Source: Calditrichia bacterium (GTDB lineage Bacteria > Calditrichota > Calditrichia > JAJRVZ01). Taken from it: a stretch of 64,000 nucleotides of DNA. The translations under genes were made by a program, and so were the position numbers. The first letter of the stretch is position 1. The number at the start of each line of letters is the position of its first letter. Of the stretch, positions 63,831-64,000 are shown piece after piece. A model generated the notes under the pieces. The model was not told the origin of the DNA. It did no database searches and worked only from the letters and a program-made list of their open reading frames with translations. The stretch covers positions 896,001-960,000 of the forward strand of contig CAWCNS010000004.1 of NCBI GenBank assembly GCA_963796965.1. Reading direction: 5' to 3'.

Positions 63831-64000
63831 GCCCAGGAACTGGGTCCTTGCAATTTGCTGCATTGTGGTTCTATATCACATTGTTGTTTTAGCATGACTT
63901 CATCAAAATTGTTAAGAATTTTTTACCGCAAAAGAGAAAATCCTGAAAAATATGTATCCACCCAGTCGACATAACGAGATATAACCATCTGTGATTTCAG

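Overview
AT-rich bacterial chromosomal window, most likely FCB-related (Calditrichota-like; inferred from SprA, PorV and LPVEL+FlgD-Ig/Por-tail cargo proteins alongside E. coli-type TTGACA promoters). 1-21 kb: three giant type IX secretion (T9SS) cargo genes, namely two collinear ~1630-1640 aa paralogues with 10 Ig-like modules and one ~3220 aa protein with 18 acidic, putatively Ca-binding modules in an (ABC)x5 higher-order repeat. Two of them share a tandem TCTCA-N3-TGAGA enhancer-like site plus a sigma54-like promoter. 21-37 kb: lptG/lptF divergent from a T9SS locus (sprA, prmA, a lipoprotein, an Asp-box propeller with CTD, two PorV-family barrels). 37-45 kb: housekeeping genes (ispE, tRNA-Gln, rplY, pth, membrane PPase, S6:S18 leader, rpsF, rpsR, rplI, priA). 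45-51 kb: an expanded MglA/MglB small-GTPase signalling cluster (PAS kinase, REC, DUF4388, extra roadblock, wHTH-like protein, output-less membrane HAMP sensor). 51-64 kb: MFS transporter, MA peptidase, GH57, S41 protease, exbB-exbD-exbD-tonB, ROK kinase, lipid kinase, dGTPase. Intergenic spaces hold several families of small non-coding repeat elements (heptamer-armed elements with a conserved core, MITE-like inverted-repeat elements, palindromes). About 15 single-base frameshifts, some in normally essential genes, point to sequencing indel errors rather than pseudogenes. All family assignments come from motif recognition by eye; no searches were run.
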